From: Rhizaria sp. SCN 62-66
Taxonomy: Eukaryota
DNA: 64,000 nucleotides
Direction: 5' to 3'
NCBI GenBank assembly: GCA_001724265.1
Contig: MEDY01000181.1
Coordinates: 1-64,000, forward strand
Part shown: piece by piece, positions 59,901 through 64,000 of the stretch
How the letters are laid out: every line of letters begins with the position of its first letter
Position numbering within the stretch: the first letter of the stretch is position 1
The notes under the pieces: model-generated
What the model saw: only the letters and a program-made list of their open reading frames with translations
What the model was told of the DNA's origin: nothing
The model's database searches: none
Made by a program: the position numbers and the translations under genes

Positions 59901-62900
59901 CAGTCCCGGAGACTCGGCTGCAGTGACGTACCACGCGTTTATCTACACTTACGCCGAGCTCAGCGCCGCCGGCGTGCCCACGAGCCTCAACCTCGCCACA
60001 CTCGAGTTTATGTTTGCGCTCCACCATTCGGCGGACATTTCACTTGCAGGAACCTTTGACGCCTCGTCGTCTTTTAAGGTTCGGATGCTGGCGGTGACCA
60101 CGACGCTTTCGACCTTCGATAGCTCTGACTCGACCGTTTTCAGCAATCTGGCCGCGCGCGTGTCGCAGCAGCCCGCCGTGACGGTGTACCCCAGCACGTG
60201 GCTCCAAGGAACGTTTATGTCGCTCACCGCGCCCTACGCCCGCGCCAGCTCGGGCGCTACGGGGGAGGCGCCGCTGCTGTCGAGCTCTAACATGCTCATT
60301 GTGATGCGGATTGATCACACCATGGTGGGGACCCCGGCGGCCTCTTCAACGCCCTTGTACGGGCTCGCATTACGAGAGGGCACTCTTCTCCGCTCGATGT
60401 CCATCGTAGCTGATGCCGTCACGACCTTAACCAGCCCCTACAACACGTTTGAGAAGTACACAGCGCGGCCTGTGCTCGGCCTACGCTCACCGCTGCCCTC
60501 GCACCCCTTCACCGCCCCACCAGCGTCGCTGTCGCAGGCTGCCAGCCCGCAGCTCGACGACCTGTGGCGCTTCGCGCGCGAGTCCGGCACCTGGCAGTTG
60601 CTGCGTGGCTACATGACGCCCGTGTCGCGCAACAGCGCAGCATAGCAGCGCGTGACGTCGCAGACAACGGCGTCGCACTGGCCCGGCGCGCGCCTGGGCG
60701 CGACGCTGTTGCTGCCGACCACCGACGTCGGCGGCGCTGTCAGCACTGACCGGACTGTGTTTGTGCACGGCGGCTACGCCGTGCACCCGCTGCCGAGTGA
60801 GGACGCGCGTTTGCTGGCGAGCCCCGCGCTGCAGCTGCACGCGGGATTTTACGCTCGTGCGTCGGCGCACGACGACCTGTGGTCCATCGACGTCGCAGCG
60901 AACTGTATCGACTCGGCCGCGCCCGGCGCCAATGAATGCGTGAGCCGCTCGCCGCTGCGTCCGTCTTTGAGCTCGCTGATGCCCGCCGGCGGCGAGGGCG
61001 TGTCACTCGCATACGATGAGGTCACGCTCGTGGCGCTTTCCGAGTCGCGCGGCAACACGTGTCCCGACGACTCGGCCGCGACGTGCGGCGCGGGCGGCGA
61101 GTGCATGCCCGCGGGCGGCTCGTACTACTGTAACTGCCACGCCTTTGCGTTTGGCTCGCGCTGCAACACCTCGCTTGAGGTTGAGCTGCGCACGCGGTTT
61201 GAGGCCAGTTATGGCACCGTGTTCGGCTCCATTATTGCCCCGAACTCATGGCCCTTCACTTCAGTCGCGCTGCGTCCGGGTACGGCCCAGCTGTGGTCGT
61301 ACGGCGGCATGATGAGCACTTCAGGGGCGGCGACTGGCTACGCCATGGCCTCACACGCAGTCCTCGATCTGGCGCTGCGTACGATGAATGCGATGGGTCG
61401 CCCCACGGAGTTGATCGCATCGCACAATTTTTCGCAGGCCTTGGTCCCCAACGCGCCAGCTATCGACGGGAAGACGTACTACAGCGCGTCGTGGCCTCCG
61501 CCGTCGATCGAGTCGCACTCGTGGTTTACGCCTGACGGGCTCTACATGTTCCTGTACGCTGAGAGCTTCACCGCGCCGCCGGGACTATGGCGGTTTAATG
61601 TGACCAACTTTTCATGGACCACGACAGGCTTCGACCACCTCTCGTTCTCCGGCCGATACCCTGCCGGCACAGATAATTACACTTCCTCCGTCCCGATGCC
61701 GGGTGTTGCGGACGTGATGAACCACCCCGGTGCGCGCCAAGGCTTTGCGCGCGCGTCGTACACGCCGGTGGGTGCGACCGAGACAGACACGCGCTTCTGC
61801 ATCTACTCGGGCCACCAGTTTTACTTCACCAGCCGCGGCGACGACTTCAACACGGATCTCTGGTGTCTCTACACCTCTGGCACCACCGACCCCAAGTGGC
61901 GGCAGATGTCGGGCATGGCTGCCCAGACCGCGGCCGACTATTTCCCCGTGATGGGCGACCCGGGCGAGTTTGGTGCCAGCTTCAATCCCGGCTGCCGTGT
62001 TGGCGCCGCGATGACCTTTTCGCGCGACGGCCGCTTCCTATATCTCTTCGGCGGCTCGATGCATGGCCCGTCGGGAACGACGCAGTTTCCGAAGCCGGCG
62101 CTCATGAACGATCTCTGGGTATTTTCGTTTGCAAATAACCAGTGGGCCTACCTCACCGGTTCCCGAACATGGGCCACCGCTGGCTCAGCGTCAGCGCAGA
62201 ACATCATGCTTGTTCCTGGCGCGGCCTCGCGTCTGCAGCGCCCCGGCGCGCGCGTGCATGCGAGTATGACCACCGACGACCAAGGGCTCGTGTACGTGGC
62301 CTACGGGCTGATGGTGTCGGCCAATTCGGGTCCCGGTGACGGCATGGACAGCGCGATTTTTGCTGTGTTTGGTGAGCAGCTGTTTAACTCAAGCTGGGTC
62401 GCGCCCACCGACGCGGCCTTTGCACCCGCGTCGCATACTGTCGGCTACGAGCACGCTCCGTGGATATGGATGAAGAATCCCAACACTGGTGCCGCCGCGC
62501 CAGAGGGGCTCGTTTGGAGCGCGACCCCGGAGACGGGCCGCATCGGCGCGACGCTGTTTTTCGGCCCCAACGCGATGAACACCGATGCGACGGCCAAGAC
62601 CACCCCCACGGGGACGTTGATGCGCACCGCGGGTGGCTACTACCACTCGGGCAAGACACGCACATATGGCGGCACGACAGGCTTCCCCTACTTTGATTTC
62701 TCCCACGTTGGTTCGGCGCACGCGTTGCCTTCCGTTGTCGCCGTCACTTCGCCCTGCGCGCGCAACCCGTGCTTGAACGGCGGCGTGTGCTCCAACTGCG
62801 CGACGGCTACGTGCGCCGCGGAAGACTCCCGTTTGTTCCCCGGCGTAGGCCCGCTGTCGTACCGCTGCCTCTGCCCCGCCGGCTGGTTCGGCCAGCACTG

Positions 62901-64000
62901 CACTGTGCAGCGCGAGCTCTACAAGCCTCTGTCGGCCGCGCCGGCGCTGCCCTGTCCGGCGCCGGCGACGTACGCGTCCTCGCTGAAGGAGCCCTGCACG
63001 TGCCCGTCTGATGGCACCACCGCTGGCACGCTGTGCTCGCCGTTGGTTGTGACCTCGCTCATTGACGACAAGGGCGAGATCCGCGAGGGCGCCGTGCGCT
63101 TCTTTGCGGCGTCGACCTCTGTCCAGGCGCTGCCGTTGCTCACCGCGCGCGCGCTGGGCGTGCCCACCGGCAGCACGGTCACGTTCACCGCGGGCGGTGC
63201 AGTCAAGGAAGATTTCACTGTGTTGACGGGCGCCATCGTTGCGCACGTGCCTGCGCTGCGCGCCAGCGTCCCGATCCAGGACGAACCTGCGACTGGCAAC
63301 GAGGTGCCCGTGCTCAGTGGCACCGCCACGTACACGGGACAGATGATGGGCGCGAGCATGGTCTTCTACGGTGCCGAGAACTGTCTGTTCATTTACGGCG
63401 GCATCGTCTCTGATGGCCTTAATCAGCGCGACTACTTCGAGCGCGTGTGGCGCGTGCCTGTCGCCGCAAACACACTTGGCTTACGGCCCACACTGCTCAC
63501 GCCGGCCGAGCGCTACTTGCTCGTCCGCCCCGCGGCCTTCTTTACTGACCTGTCGCTGGTGTCCGTGACCGGCACTGGCCACGCGTACCGCACGAATCCG
63601 ATCAAATACCCCACAGGCGGGCCTGGCGCGCGCTCACACCACTCCGCAGTGTTGCTGCGCGATGCATTCAACATCGACTGGGTGTACGTCTACGGCGGCC
63701 AGTTGCCGTCGTCCTTAGATGCCACCAAGCTGGCGTTCCGCGCCGACATGTGGCGCCACCCCGCGACGAGCACATCTTCGGGTACAGTCGACTGGCAGTA
63801 CGTCGGTTGCTCAATCGCAAACGACTACCTGTCTGAGCTTGTGGTTCGTAACGCCTCTTTTTCGATGACGAGCTTTTGCCCTCCGGCACGGTCTCGCGCC
63901 TCGCTTGTGAATGCAAACGGCATGCTGGTGCTAAGTGGCGGCGTGGGTGCCAATGGTCCGCTAGACGACGTCTGGCGCTTCGACCCCGCAGCCGAGACGT
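56904..64000 (+). CDS. Large secreted or surface protein with Kelch/galactose-oxidase-type beta-propeller repeats and EGF-like domains; exons 56904-57923 and 58123->64000; two internal TAG codons; 3' end outside the window
   Basis: Signal peptide (WPALLLLLLATLATLLTPVTS); many PAAR/PGAR...LWLYGG...DDLWSFD...W units; EGF-like CGAGGEC...YYCNC...FGSRC (~61060-61165) and CARNPCLNGGVC...YRCLCPAGWFGQHC (~62755-62900). Exon 2 is one frame broken only by TAG at 59449 and 60643. Confidence 0.8.

Noticed and set aside
5110-60645. Internal TAGs as 3' splice acceptors of small introns
   Set aside because: No GTACG-type donor or pyrimidine/AT-rich intron body precedes them, and the sequence upstream is coding-like and in frame. 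Real introns here are easy to see by composition. RNA-seq would be needed for formal exclusion.
5110-60645. Pyrrolysine, selenocysteine or RNA editing as the explanation
   Set aside because: Selenocysteine uses UGA. Pyrrolysine is known only in prokaryotes. A-to-I editing would give Trp, which fits the poly-Q context poorly, and editing would not explain the lack of TAG terminators. Editing cannot be fully excluded without transcripts.
141-63916. The many overlapping Arg/Ala/Pro-rich ORFs in the ORF track (e.g. 3403-4695, 42784-43977, 49724-50914, 54021-55715)
   Set aside because: These are shadow ORFs on the antisense strand or alternative frames of GC-rich genes, with no recognisable motifs.
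2602-64000. Treating the TAG-containing genes as pseudogenes or sequencing errors
   Set aside because: All ten interruptions are the same codon, with no internal TAA, TGA or frameshift in those genes, and catalytic motifs are intact. Random decay or error would not be TAG-specific, and TAG is also missing as a terminator.
1-64000. A suppressor tRNA (CUA anticodon), rRNA or CRISPR array in the window
   Set aside because: No cloverleaf, rRNA-like segment or repeat-spacer array was recognisable by eye. GTTCGA/TTCGAA-like words near 24321 and 56456 lack tRNA stems.

Overview
GC-rich, gene-dense nuclear DNA from an unidentified microbial eukaryote, with short spliceosomal introns whose donor site is almost always GTACG. 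About 17 protein genes can be modelled: a partial hypothetical gene, a BTB/BACK protein, RNase T2, a two-domain glyoxalase/VOC protein, a Vti1-like SNARE, an RluA-family pseudouridine synthase, an IQ-motif protein, a CDK9/12/13-like kinase, a small putative mitochondrial protein, SAR1, a membrane RING-H2 E3 ligase, a 3546-aa PPR-Smr-like protein, a stefin-type cystatin, kinesin-6, MOB1, eIF2B-delta and a large Kelch/EGF surface protein. Two related frameshifted ankyrin fragments are also present. The main result is evidence for a non-standard nuclear genetic code. Ten in-frame TAG codons interrupt five otherwise intact reading frames, including one inside a poly-CAG glutamine tract and several between motifs of a single enzyme domain. 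All 15 gene ends I could locate use TAA (8) or TGA (7), never TAG. The simplest reading is that UAG alone has been reassigned to a sense codon, most likely Gln, while UAA remains a stop, which is a rare uncoupling of UAG and UAA. All calls were made by eye; no database searches were run.
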